In this document: positions 23,228 through 33,088 of the stretch, piece after piece | Layout: each line of letters begins with the position of its first letter | Numbering within the stretch: the stretch's first letter is position 1 | NCBI GenBank assembly: GCA_963720215.1 | Contig: CAVREV010000002.1 | Span: forward strand, 78,746-142,745 | DNA length: 64,000 nt | Direction of reading: 5' to 3' | Source: an uncultured Solirubrobacteraceae bacterium | GTDB lineage: Bacteria > Actinomycetota > Thermoleophilia > Solirubrobacterales > Solirubrobacteraceae | The notes under the pieces: generated by a model | Seen by the model: the letters and a program-made list of their open reading frames with translations, nothing else | Databases searched by the model: none | Told to the model about the DNA's origin: nothing | Translations under genes and position numbers: made by a program

Positions 23228-24402
23228 GTGGATCCTCGCGCCCGTCTCCACCTGGATCTCCACCCACGGGCGGCACGCGCGCCCGGCCGGACGATCATCG
23301 GTCGCGCGCCTCGCTGGGGCTGGTCGTCGTGGATGTCCTGGTCGCGCTCAGCCCGCGCCACGCCGGCTCCGTCGCGCTGCTGGTCGTCCTCGCGGTGCTC
23401 GCGAACGTCGGGGCGCTCGTCTGGCTGCTCGGGCGCCCGCGCCGCGCCGCGTGTCCAGGCCGGCGCACTCGCGCTGATGGCGTCCGCCGGTGGCCTGCTC
23501 GCAGCGCTCCAACACGGCAGCGCGGCGCTGGTCTTCCCGGCCGTGGCCGTCGTCCAGGCCGTCGCCGACGGATCGGCGCTCGAGGCGCTCGCAACCGTCG
23601 CGCTCGCGCTCGTAGCGCTCGAGGCGGGCGTCATCTGGGCGAACCGCGGCGTCACCCAGGCGCTCGGCTATCCGGCGATCCTGCTCGCAAGCGCGCTCAT
23701 CGGGCTCACCCGTCGCCAATACGTCGCACGGGGCCGGGCCGCCGAGGCGCTCGTCGCGCAAACGCGACGAACCGAGGCGGCGAGCCGGCGAGCAGCGGCG
23801 CTCGATGAGCGGACGCGGATCGCGCGTGAGATCCACGACGTGCTCGCTCATGCCCTCGGCGGCCTGACGGTCCAGCTCGAGGCGGCCGAGCTGTTGCTGG
23901 CAGAGCGCGGCGACGTCGACGGTGCGCTCGAGCGGATCCGTGGATGCCGGCTGACGGCGCGCGAGGGACTCGAGGAGGCGCGACGCGCGGTCGCTGCGCT
24001 GCGCAGCGACGCGCCGCCGCTCCGAGAGAGCCTCACCGCGCTTGTTGAATCGCACCGCGAGCAGGGCAATCGTCGTCGAGCTCGTCGTCGAGGGCGCGCG
24101 CGAGGGAGCTCTCCCCGGAGGTCTCGCTCACGCTGATGCGCACCGTTCAGGAGGCCCTCACAAACGCCCGGCGCCACGCACCGGGCTCGGCGGTGCGCGT
24201 GCGCCTCATCTACGCAGCGGAGAGCACGAGCGTGATCGTCACCAACGACGCGACCACGCGGGCGCCCGTCGCCGTCGGCGCAAAACCGGCGGGTGGCTAT
24301 GGCCTGGCGGGCATGCGTGAGCGCTTGGAGCTCGCCGGTGGTCGCCTGGCGGCGGGCTCCAGCCCGGACGGCTGGACGGTCAGCGCGGAGGTTCCCTCGT
24401 GA
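23228..24402 (+). CDS. Sensor histidine kinase (HisKA_3), frameshifted
   Basis: ERTRIAREIHDVLAH, QEALTNARRHA, GYGLAGMRER; start approximate. Confidence 0.85.
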
Positions 24403-25052
24403 GCTCCGCGCTGCGGGTGCTCGTCGTCGACGATCAGCAGATCGTGCGCGAGGGACTCGCAACGATCCTCGACCTGCTCGCGGATGTGAGCGTCGTCGCT
24501 ACCGCCGGCGACGGAGCCGAGGCGCTCGAGCTCGTCGCGCGACATCGGCCCGACGTCGTGCTGCTGGATCTGCACATGCCGGTGCTCGACGGAGTCGCGA
24601 CGACTCGGCGAATCGTCGCCGAGCACCCGTCGAGCGCCGTTCTGATCCTCACCACCTTCGGCGAGGACGATGACGCGCTCGAGGCGCTACGCGCCGGCGC
24701 CCGGGGCGTCCTGACGAAGGACGCCGGGCACGAGGAGATCTCCCGGGCGCTCCACCAGGCCGCCGCCGGCCACATGACGCTCGCCGCCCCGCTCCAGGCC
24801 CGCCTGCTTGCCGCGGCGCGCCCGCCGGACGCACCGATCAGGGTCGAGCTCCCCGACGGTCTCACCGCACGCGAGGCGGAGGTGCTCGGGCTGATCCGCG
24901 CTGGCTTCACCAATCGCGAGATCGCAGGCCGGCTCTTCGTCTCCGAGGCAACCGTGAAGACACACATCAACCATGTCTTCGCCAAGATCGGCGCCCGCGA
25001 TCGCGCCGCGGCGATCAACTACGCTGCTCAGCACGGGCTGGGGCCAACCTGA
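24399..25052 (+). CDS. NarL/LuxR-family response regulator
   Basis: VVDDQ, LLDLHMP, LTAREAEVL, TVKTHINH. Confidence 0.93.
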   Translation: MSSALRVLVVDDQQIVREGLATILDLLADVSVVATAGDGAEALELVARHRPDVVLLDLHMPVLDGVATTRRIVAEHPSSAVLILTTFGEDDDALEALRAGARGVLTKDAGHEEISRALHQAAAGHMTLAAPLQARLLAAARPPDAPIRVELPDGLTAREAEVLGLIRAGFTNREIAGRLFVSEATVKTHINHVFAKIGARDRAAAINYAAQHGLGPT

Positions 25053-25104
25053 ACTGAGTCGAGGCCCTCGACCACGGGTGCCCGCGCGTTGGCAGATTCC
25101 ATCA

Positions 25105-25148
25105 AGCGGCGGACGGGCTTCGAACCCGCGACCTCAAGCTTGGGAAGC
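25105..25148 (-). repeat. att site: displaced 3' 44 bp of tRNA-Gly
   Basis: AGCGGCGGACGGGCTTCGAACCCGCGACCTCAAGCTTGGGAAGC is identical to 41770-41813. Confidence 0.95.
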
Positions 25149-25285
25149 CCCCTCCCGAAACGACCCGAAACCCCTGAATCACTAGTATCCATGGGAGATA
25201 CACGCCGCTGAAGCCCCTGGCCCGCGCCGCGCATATCCGGTCGGATTCCGCCGGATTCCGGGGGGTTCCGGCCAACGGTTGGCCA

Positions 25286-25540
25286 CTACTCGGGCTGAGG
25301 CCCTCCCGCCTCGTGGCGGAACTGCTGGAAGGTGCCGGCGCGTTCCAACTGCTCCCGCAGCTCCGGGTCCTCAGCGACCATCTCCACGAGCGCCGCGTTG
25401 ACTTCCTCCTCGGTCATCCTCTCCCAGAAGCAGCTCCCGAGGCGCTCCAAGAGCTTGCGGGGTGCCGCCTTCAACCCCTCGACCTCGTGTTCGACCATCT
25501 GCCGTTCCGCGTCGTACAGCGGGTCATCCTCGACCGCCAT
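25286..25540 (-). CDS. Small acidic hypothetical protein
   Basis: RBS GGAGG, TGATG coupling to the upstream gene. Confidence 0.65.
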   Translation of the reverse strand: MAVEDDPLYDAERQMVEHEVEGLKAAPRKLLERLGSCFWERMTEEEVNAALVEMVAEDPELREQLERAGTFQQFRHEAGGPQPE

Positions 25541-25893
25541 CACGCCTCCTCCCCGGCTTCGTCCTCTCCGCCCAGGACGCTCCACGCCTCGTCGAGGGCC
25601 TCGCGTTGCCTGTCCCGGAACTCGCCCTCCACCTCCGCTGCCTGCCGCTCTTTGATGAGCGCCACGGTCCGCGGCGGGACCGGCGCAGGCGAACCGGCGC
25701 GCGCGAGGATTCCATCGCGGCGCCGCGCGAGTACCTGGTGCACGTAGGAGGCGCCCTCGGTGTAGACCGCGGCCAGGCCGCCCTCTTCCGGGAACACCGC
25801 CGTGATGTCAGTCGTGGGTATCCCAAGCGCCTCCGCGACCTCGGCGAACTCCGCCCGGCCGGCGAACCGGATCGGCTCCGAAGTGTCGCTCAT
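25540..25893 (-). CDS. Hypothetical protein (own RBS; in frame with the methylase fragment)
   Basis: GGAGGGGGCGCG-ATG, MSDTSEPIRF... Confidence 0.6.
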   Translation of the reverse strand: MSDTSEPIRFAGRAEFAEVAEALGIPTTDITAVFPEEGGLAAVYTEGASYVHQVLARRRDGILARAGSPAPVPPRTVALIKERQAAEVEGEFRDRQREALDEAWSVLGGEDEAGEEA

Positions 25894-25924
25894 CGCGCCC
25901 CCCTCCGTGCGAGCGTCACGACGA

Positions 25925-26244
25925 CACCGGATCTCCCCATACCGACAGTGCTCCCACCACCAGCCCGTGTCCACACGCGCCGGGACTAGGCAGACCACTG
26001 TCGCTCCCGACTCACCGGACGTGTGGGCCTTCTCTATCCAGTCTGGGATGACATCGCCGTAGGGCGGGTTCATCCAGCAGACACCCGTCCACTCCTGGGC
26101 GAGGCCGTCATCATCGGGCGAGAAGAACCGCTCGCACTTGGCAAGCTCCGCCGTCGCACACACGTCAAGGTCGAAACCGAACTCCGCGTCCAGCTCGTCG
26201 AACAGGTCCTGTGGGGTTCCCCACTCGGGTGTGGCGCTGGACAT
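25925..26244 (-). pseudogene. Phage N6-adenine DNA methyltransferase (Dam-like), C-terminally truncated or fused
   Basis: SSATPEWGTP, FDLDVCA, DGL.QEW, WMNPPY, LVPARVDT.WW; similarity ends at GEIR where F..GRLKF normally follows. Confidence 0.8.
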
Positions 26245-26299
26245 CAGAGGAGCGAGCTTGCCGCTCTGGACCGCTCTCGAGGTCTCCTCGTGACGCTCC

Positions 26300-26618
26300 G
26301 TCTAGACCCAGGCCAGCTTGAGGAGCTAGCTGGGCCATCTCGAACGTGACGCCATCGCCCGGCCTGAGAGCGACGATCGCGTCAAGGAGGCGCTCCTCCT
26401 CACGGACTCTCGCGACGGCCCCCCGGTAGAACTCGACCGCGTTGTCTGCCTCGCCCTCGGTCAGAAGCACATCCGTGGGGCACCAGTCCGAGGCCATGGC
26501 TTCGGAGGCCAGGGGGTTGTACAGAATCCTGCAGGCGGTCCGCGACAATCCAGGTCAGGAGCGCCTTCGCGCGCCACGTCTCGACGGGCACGCTGATTGT
26601 GGTCATGGTCGCGGTCAT
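26300..26618 (-). CDS. Hypothetical protein, frameshifted
   Basis: ATGA-coupled start at 26618; protein-like reading continues in another frame after ~26525; end approximate. Confidence 0.4.
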
Positions 26619-27028
26619 GCCGTCACCGCCTCGGCACGCAACTGGAGGCAATGGATCGTGTGCGCGAGCAGCGTCAGGCGAGCTCGCGCTAGCGCGAGAT
26701 CCTCCGGGTACCCGGGCTCGCGCTGCTCGCGCTCCAGCGAGTCCTCGGCTTCCCGCTCGCACTCCTTCAGCAGCTCGCCCACGTCGTCCCGCAGGTCGAT
26801 GAGCGAGAACGTGCGGGCGTCGCTCAGGACTTCGGCGCAGAGCGTCAGCTTGCGCCCAAGCCGGCCGATCGCGAACAGGTGCGGGTCGCCGCTCGTGATC
26901 CCGAGCTCGTGCTCCAGGGATTCGCCGGCGTGAAGGCCGAGCCCGAGGAGGTGTGACTCGAGGGCGTGACGGATCGCGCCCTCCATCTCGGGGGTCAGCG
27001 GCGCGGTGTTCTCGGTTGGGGCGCTCAT
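26615..27028 (-). CDS. Hypothetical protein
   Basis: Strong RBS AGGAGG before MSAPTENTAP; helical and acidic. Confidence 0.7.
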   Translation of the reverse strand: MSAPTENTAPLTPEMEGAIRHALESHLLGLGLHAGESLEHELGITSGDPHLFAIGRLGRKLTLCAEVLSDARTFSLIDLRDDVGELLKECEREAEDSLEREQREPGYPEDLALARARLTLLAHTIHCLQLRAEAVTA

Positions 27029-27221
27029 CGGTTCCTCCTGTGGTTGGAGGCTCCGGGGGCTCTGCTCTGACGAGGGAGACACGGCTCCGGTGCTCGGTAG
27101 GGTGTCTAGCGCGCCGGGAGCGTGAGCTCTCGGGGCCTGGCGCCCGGGTGTTAGTCGCACCGCGGGCGCCGCTTGTGTTGTCGCCCGGGAGAGTACCACG
27201 CGTTCAGCCGCCCAGACTTTC

Positions 27222-30200
27222 TCACGTGGCCACGCGGATGCGCTTGCTGCGACGGAGGCCCTGGTACCCCTGCCCGCGGTTCGAGGCGCGGGCGATCGCC
27301 AGGAGCGTGTTCGGGTCACCCGGATGCAACGTGTTGATCGTGAACGTGGGACCTGCTTCCGTTTCCGTCGGCGGGGTCACTTTCTCACCGCCGTGCACGA
27401 TCGCTACGTGCGGCGAGCCGACCGGGCCGGGGACGATCCCCCCCACGTCGAAGGACCCGGCGAACGGGAGCGGGCCGAGCGCGCCGAACAGGCCGCCCCG
27501 GGCAGCGGCCGCCGCGTACGCGTTACGGCCCCCGGCGCCGATATCCCCGGGGCTGCCGAGCGTGTCCAGCAACGCGACGTTCGCCTTGTTTTCTTCGGTC
27601 TTGACCTTCAGCTTTTCTTCGGCCTGCTGCGTCTTGCGTTCCGCGAGTTCCGCCGCGGATTCCCCGGCCGCGCCGCCGGCGCCTTCCAGGAGCGCTTCCT
27701 TTAGCTTTTCGGGGACCGCCCCGAGTTCCCGCACCTGTTTTTCAAGTTCAGCGACGGTCGAGGTCGCTTCAAGGATTTTCCCTCCCTGCCCCTGCACCCC
27801 GCCGATGTCGTGCTTCCAGCCGGTAGCGGATTCCTGCGCCCGGCCGAGTTCCGTCACCTCCGTCGAGAGTTTCCCGATGTTGCCGCCCTGCCCAACCCCG
27901 TCCCCTTCGCCGCCCCACCCGGTGTTCTGCTTTTCGAGCGCGGCGATCGTCCCGCCCTCCTTGGCGATGTCGGCGCGGAGCTTGCCTTCTTCAGCGGTCC
28001 CAGCGTGGGAGCGCTTCCCGCGGCGGATCGCGTCGATCCGTTCTCTCTGCTTCTTCATCTGCGTCTGCAGTTCTTTGATCCGCTTCAGGTTCGCCCGGAT
28101 TTTCGCCTGCAACACCGCGATCTCTGCACGCCGTTCAGCGATCGAGTTGCGGGTCGCGGCGAGCACCTTGACCGTGAGGTTCCACGCGGCGGCGAGCTGC
28201 AACAGCACGTCGTTCTCAGCCTTCTCCATCGCCTTCAGCTGCACCGCCTGGTAGCTGACATTCCCGAATTCCTCATACGGGCTGGTGATCCCCGCCTGCT
28301 TTTCCAGCCCGTCCGGGGTGATGATGAATTCCCCGTTGTGGGGGAGCTTCCCCAGCTCGATTTCGTCCGCGGACCGCAGCAGCGCGTAGTTTTCGATGAG
28401 CGCTTCGACCTCCCCGCCTTCGCTCATCAGCCCGTTGAGCTGTTCCCAGTTGCCCTGGCCCGGCCAGTTGCCCTTCAGCGGGGCGAGGAGCTTCTGCAGG
28501 TGGGAGGGCTTGGCGCCCTTCGGCGTGTGGCGGCCTCGGCGCGGGAGGCCCCCGGTAAGCCTCTGCTGGTGTTCGCTGGCAACGCCGGGCGGGACGAGAC
28601 CACCGCCGGCAAAGCCGATCAGGCCGCCGCGGGCGTACCCGACGTAGTGGCCGCCGATCAGGCCCGTCTTGGCGGCCATCGCCGCGAGAGACCCGTAGGT
28701 CGCCTTGATGTAGCGCATTGAGGCGATCGCGTTGTCGAGCGGGTTGTTGATGTTCGTGTGCCCCGGCAGCGCATACTCCGCGAACGTCGGCGGGATGACC
28801 TGGTTGGGCCCGGTTGCCGACAGCGGCCCAGAGGGGGGCTCGTTCACACCACCAGAGGACTCGTGCTGCAACAGGGCGGCGACGATCGCCGCGTTGAACG
28901 GAAGCCCCGCGATCGCTGCAGCCCGTTCCTCGATGCCCATGATCCCCGGCACGAGATGCCCCAGGCTCGCGCTGCCCCCGCCGCCGGCGCCTGCGCGCGC
29001 CCGGTCACGGCCGAGCAGCCGCGCCGCCGCGGCCTTCACATCCCGCAGGCTCGCCCGCCCGACTTCGGGGATGAGGCCGCCCCCGGCCATGTAGTGCGGC
29101 GTGCTGACCGCATCGAACAATCCAGGAAGGCCGCCGTACCCCGCGAGCGCGGCGTTGACGATCGGCAGCTGGTGACGGTTGAACACCGCGACCTGCTCCC
29201 CGGGCGCCACGGCGATCGGGAGGCCCCCCACGTTCAGGCCGACCGTGTCGTGCCCGGCCTGCCCAGCCCGCCCGATCTGGATCAGCCCGCCGACGGCGAG
29301 ACCAAGGCCGCCTTTCAGCGGAGGCCCGGTTTCCCCTCCCCCGGTCGGCGCTTCGCGGAGGTTGACGCCTTCTTCGCCTTCTTTACCGGAGAACCCGGCC
29401 TGGATTTCCTTGCCGCCGAGCTGCCCGATCTCGACTTTCAGTTCCCGGTTGACCCGGGCGATGCCTTCCCTGGTGATCTTATCCGTCAGGACCCAGGACG
29501 CGTTTGCAGCGAAATACAGTTCGTTGAACAACGCGCGGGCGATTTCACCATAGGGCCCCTTGTTGCGCGCTATCACCTCCCGCAGTTTGTCTAGCATCCC
29601 TTCGACGCCTTCGCGCGTGTGGGAAAAGGTGACGTCGGTGACCTGTTCGACGTGGGTCATCGCGTTCTCGTACTTCGCCGTGACCTGCTTGAGTTCGAAC
29701 GCTTTGCTGAACGCGCTGGAGACCGCCCCGCCGTGAGCTTCGAGGTAGGCCTGCAGGTGCGGGAACTGCTGCTCGAGGTTGCGGATGACATAGCTGACGG
29801 CGTTCTTCGGCAGTTCACCTTTGGCTTCGAGTTCCTGGGCGTAGGCGATCCACATTTTCGCCGCGGCAAAACGTGCTTCGCCCGGCAGCTTGTCGAGATG
29901 CGATATGAGCGCGGAGATGAACAGGAGCTGCGACTTCGCGTCGACCCCGACGTGGTTGTAGCCTTCGATGAATTCCTTGGCGGCTTCCTGGCCCGCGCGT
30001 TTGTAGTCCGCCGCGGCCGCACCAAGGTTGGGGGCACCGGCACCGGCGATGCCGCCCGACCCGCGGCCGGTGGCGACCGCGTGCGGGGTCGGGTTGGCGG
30101 CTTCGTGGGCGGCGATGAGCGCATGGGTGATCGCGGCCTGGTGGGGGCCTGGGCCGCCGAGGATCGCGGTGCTCAGGCTGCTGTAGGCGCGGGCGGTACG

Positions 30201-33080
30201 TTCCGCTTCCCTCTGGAAAGCGGGCTTCCCCGAGGAGAACAGGTCCTCGATGCCCTTCACGATGTAAGGGGTGGCACCGCCGATCGCCGCGCCGCTGACC
30301 GCCCCGACAGCAGTCCCGATACCAGGGACGATGCTCCCGACACCGGCGCCCACGCCGGCGAGCTGCAGCGCGCTCGCGAGGGTGCCTTTCGCGCCGACCG
30401 CGCCGGATAGGACGCTCCCGCCGAGCAGCCCGACGGCCCCCGCGACGCCGCCTTTCAGCAGCAGGCCCTTCGTGCCGCCGGAGAGCGCCAGGCCGGACAG
30501 CAGGCCTCCCTCTCCCTCCTCGGCGCCGAGGGTCGCCCCGCCCGCCCCGGCGAGAGTGCCCGTCGACGTCGCCGCGAGCGTCCCCTGCGCCCCGGCGTCC
30601 AGGCCAGCCGCGGCCGCGTTCCTGTCCTCGGCGGCGGTGAGCAGGCCCGTCTCCACCCCTGCCGCCTTCAATAGTGGGACGAGCAGTTTGAGCTTCGCGC
30701 CGATCAGGGTGAGCCCGACGACCCACCGGCCGAACCCGCCCGCGTTGTCGACCGCTTCGATGACCTTGGTGAACGCTTCCGCGATCAACGTGGCCGCCCT
30801 GACGAGCGGCGGCGACACGGTCGTGTAAATGTGAGAAAACGCCGCGACCAGCGGGGTGAGCGCGTCCAGTAGCGCGATCGCCTCTTCACGGTGAACAAGG
30901 AAAATGTTGCGGATCGCTGCCGCGCCCTTCGTGCTGTTCTCGTACGCGTGCACCTTGTCGAGCATCTCTGTGAGGGTCCGGATGATCGTCTCGCCGGTGT
31001 GCGCGTCCTTGTTGAACAGGTCGACAAGATCAGCGCCGAGGATCTTGATGAACGCCCCCCACACGTGGAAGTCTTCGATCAGCCGGTTCATCATGCCCTC
31101 CCACACCGAGAACTCCCCCGGCGAGTTCCACTTCGTGAAGAACCTGTCGAGCGCACGCAGGAAACTCCCGGTCAACGGTGCCGTGTACGCGATCGTCTTC
31201 CCGAACAGCTGCACCCCCTGGTCCAGGGCGGCGATTGCCGTCGGGATCTCGCTGCGGAACTGCTGCTCGAGGTTGCTGAAGATCCCTGTCCCTTCGGGGC
31301 CCTCCAACCAGGCGAACAGCGGGCGGATGGCTTTGTTGGTCGCGGCGAAGTTTTGTTCGGCGGCGTGCGCGATCAGCGGGATGTAGACCGACCCGAGCTT
31401 CACGGCCTGTTCGCCGAGCAGCGCGAACTGGATGCGGGCGCCGCTGGTCTGCTTGTCCCACTGCACGTTCAGCCCGGAGACCTTTTCCGCCAAGTGCAGC
31501 TCCGCGGTTGCCCCGGCGGTGCCGCTCAGGGTGTACTTCATCACCTGGTTGAGTTCCGCCTGGGCTTCCTTGGCCTGCTTGCTCTTCGCCCCGTACTGGG
31601 CGACTGCTTCACGGAGCTTTTCGTAGGCGGTGTAGAGCGTCTTCGTGTCCGCTGCTGCGGACGCGCCGACCGCGAGGTCAGACCCGGCGCCGGCCGTGAG
31701 CTTCCCGAGCGCGCCCGCGCCCAGCAACGCCCCGCCGCCGAGCGCTGCGACACCGGACCCGGCGATCCCACCCAACGTGAGGACGATGTGCTCCGCCCCG
31801 AACCCCGCGAACGACCCGATCGACCCCACACCGGCGCCCAGCCCGGCCGCGCCGAACAGGGCGTGGCCGATCAGCCCCGTCCCGGCACCTTTATAGCCTC
31901 CCCCGCCGCCTCCGTGGCCGAACAGCAGGAGCGGCAGCCACGGCGGGATACGGCTCCCGCCGCCGCCGGACGCGCTCTGGAGCGCCTCAGCGGTCGCTAG
32001 TGGCGAAGCCCCGTACTTGCCGGTCCCCGGGACGCCCCCGATGCCATAGACGCGCGAGGACCCCGATGGGGAACGTCCCGCGGTCATCCCGAGCGCCTCC
32101 AGCGCCGCGAGGGACGCCGTGTCGCGTGGCGCGAACTGCCCCGGCATCCGGCGCTTCGCGGCCTCGATCGCCGCAGCATCCACCGCCGCCGCCGTCGCAA
32201 CGTCACTCTCGTGCGGGGTGACGGCCGCGGCCGCCGCCTGGGCCGGGACGGTGGGTTTCCCGATCGCCTCCGTCAGCTTCTGGGTCGCTGCGAGCAGCGC
32301 CGCGTCCTGCACCTCACGGTTACGCTGGTCGGTCGCCGAGCCGCCTGCCACGGTCGGCCCAGGCCGCTGCGCAACCCCAGGGGCAGCCGCATACACCCCA
32401 CCCACGCCCTGCGGGCTGGACCCGGACGGCCCCGTGAGGCCCTGCTCCGCCACGCCAGCAGCGAGCGCACCCAGTGACGTGTACCGGCCCGCCTCCAGCA
32501 CCACGACAAGAGGGTTGGACCGGCCGCCAGCATGGCCTTTCCCACGGACCCCTTCCAGGCCGAGGGCAGCCAGCGCAGCAGCATCCAGGCCGGCCGCCCC
32601 GCCGCCCCGCTCGCCCGCGAGACCCGGGGCTACCCCTACGGCCGCTGCGCGCGCGAGGGACGCCTCAGACGCGTCCCCCGCGAGCTTCGCCGCAGCAGCC
32701 TGCTCGAGGTAGGCGGCGGTCACTTTGTTCGCGGCGGCCTCCTCCACCTCCGCGGCGGCCACCGCGACCGTGGCGGTGCGCTCGATCGACGACGCGATCG
32801 CCTCCTGGCCGGCCGTTAGCTGCGCCCAGGACCCTTCCACGTCCGTCGATATGCGCGCGACAGCGTTCCCGAACGTCACGACCGGCTGGGTCAGCCGGTC
32901 ATCGAGCGCACCGGCGAGCAGCCCCACACGGTCCCGGGCGTGCACCGACAGCTTATCCAGCATCGCCTGCATCACCGCGACGGACGTGGCTACTTTCCGC
33001 TCGGCTTTGACGAGGCCGACGTCGAGCGGGGCGAGGTCAACCCCAAGCTCCAGCTCCGCGGACCCGATCAGCTCAGCCAT
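27222..33080 (-). CDS. Tail tape-measure-like protein with SLT lytic transglycosylase domain (1952 aa)
   Basis: N-terminus MAELIGSAELELGVD; Ala/Gly-rich helical body with glycine-zipper segments; SLT motifs QHESSG..GPNQVIPPTF..NPLDNAIASMRYIKATYG (~28640-28940); C-terminal FDVGGIVPGP.G.P..AIVHGGE. Confidence 0.85.
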   Translation of the reverse strand: MAELIGSAELELGVDLAPLDVGLVKAERKVATSVAVMQAMLDKLSVHARDRVGLLAGALDDRLTQPVVTFGNAVARISTDVEGSWAQLTAGQEAIASSIERTATVAVAAAEVEEAAANKVTAAYLEQAAAAKLAGDASEASLARAAAVGVAPGLAGERGGGAAGLDAAALAALGLEGVRGKGHAGGRSNPLVVVLEAGRYTSLGALAAGVAEQGLTGPSGSSPQGVGGVYAAAPGVAQRPGPTVAGGSATDQRNREVQDAALLAATQKLTEAIGKPTVPAQAAAAAVTPHESDVATAAAVDAAAIEAAKRRMPGQFAPRDTASLAALEALGMTAGRSPSGSSRVYGIGGVPGTGKYGASPLATAEALQSASGGGGSRIPPWLPLLLFGHGGGGGGYKGAGTGLIGHALFGAAGLGAGVGSIGSFAGFGAEHIVLTLGGIAGSGVAALGGGALLGAGALGKLTAGAGSDLAVGASAAADTKTLYTAYEKLREAVAQYGAKSKQAKEAQAELNQVMKYTLSGTAGATAELHLAEKVSGLNVQWDKQTSGARIQFALLGEQAVKLGSVYIPLIAHAAEQNFAATNKAIRPLFAWLEGPEGTGIFSNLEQQFRSEIPTAIAALDQGVQLFGKTIAYTAPLTGSFLRALDRFFTKWNSPGEFSVWEGMMNRLIEDFHVWGAFIKILGADLVDLFNKDAHTGETIIRTLTEMLDKVHAYENSTKGAAAIRNIFLVHREEAIALLDALTPLVAAFSHIYTTVSPPLVRAATLIAEAFTKVIEAVDNAGGFGRWVVGLTLIGAKLKLLVPLLKAAGVETGLLTAAEDRNAAAAGLDAGAQGTLAATSTGTLAGAGGATLGAEEGEGGLLSGLALSGGTKGLLLKGGVAGAVGLLGGSVLSGAVGAKGTLASALQLAGVGAGVGSIVPGIGTAVGAVSGAAIGGATPYIVKGIEDLFSSGKPAFQREAERTARAYSSLSTAILGGPGPHQAAITHALIAAHEAANPTPHAVATGRGSGGIAGAGAPNLGAAAADYKRAGQEAAKEFIEGYNHVGVDAKSQLLFISALISHLDKLPGEARFAAAKMWIAYAQELEAKGELPKNAVSYVIRNLEQQFPHLQAYLEAHGGAVSSAFSKAFELKQVTAKYENAMTHVEQVTDVTFSHTREGVEGMLDKLREVIARNKGPYGEIARALFNELYFAANASWVLTDKITREGIARVNRELKVEIGQLGGKEIQAGFSGKEGEEGVNLREAPTGGGETGPPLKGGLGLAVGGLIQIGRAGQAGHDTVGLNVGGLPIAVAPGEQVAVFNRHQLPIVNAALAGYGGLPGLFDAVSTPHYMAGGGLIPEVGRASLRDVKAAAARLLGRDRARAGAGGGGSASLGHLVPGIMGIEERAAAIAGLPFNAAIVAALLQHESSGGVNEPPSGPLSATGPNQVIPPTFAEYALPGHTNINNPLDNAIASMRYIKATYGSLAAMAAKTGLIGGHYVGYARGGLIGFAGGGLVPPGVASEHQQRLTGGLPRRGRHTPKGAKPSHLQKLLAPLKGNWPGQGNWEQLNGLMSEGGEVEALIENYALLRSADEIELGKLPHNGEFIITPDGLEKQAGITSPYEEFGNVSYQAVQLKAMEKAENDVLLQLAAAWNLTVKVLAATRNSIAERRAEIAVLQAKIRANLKRIKELQTQMKKQRERIDAIRRGKRSHAGTAEEGKLRADIAKEGGTIAALEKQNTGWGGEGDGVGQGGNIGKLSTEVTELGRAQESATGWKHDIGGVQGQGGKILEATSTVAELEKQVRELGAVPEKLKEALLEGAGGAAGESAAELAERKTQQAEEKLKVKTEENKANVALLDTLGSPGDIGAGGRNAYAAAAARGGLFGALGPLPFAGSFDVGGIVPGPVGSPHVAIVHGGEKVTPPTETEAGPTFTINTLHPGDPNTLLAIARASNRGQGYQGLRRSKRIRVAT

Positions 33081-33088
33081 ACGTCCTC

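Noticed and set aside
25105-25148. Second tRNA-Gly gene
   Set aside because: Only the 3' 44 nt are present, with no D arm or 5' acceptor strand; it is the att duplicate.
27066-27100. CTGACGAG as a hammerhead ribozyme core
   Set aside because: No GAAA after the putative stem II and no supporting stems.
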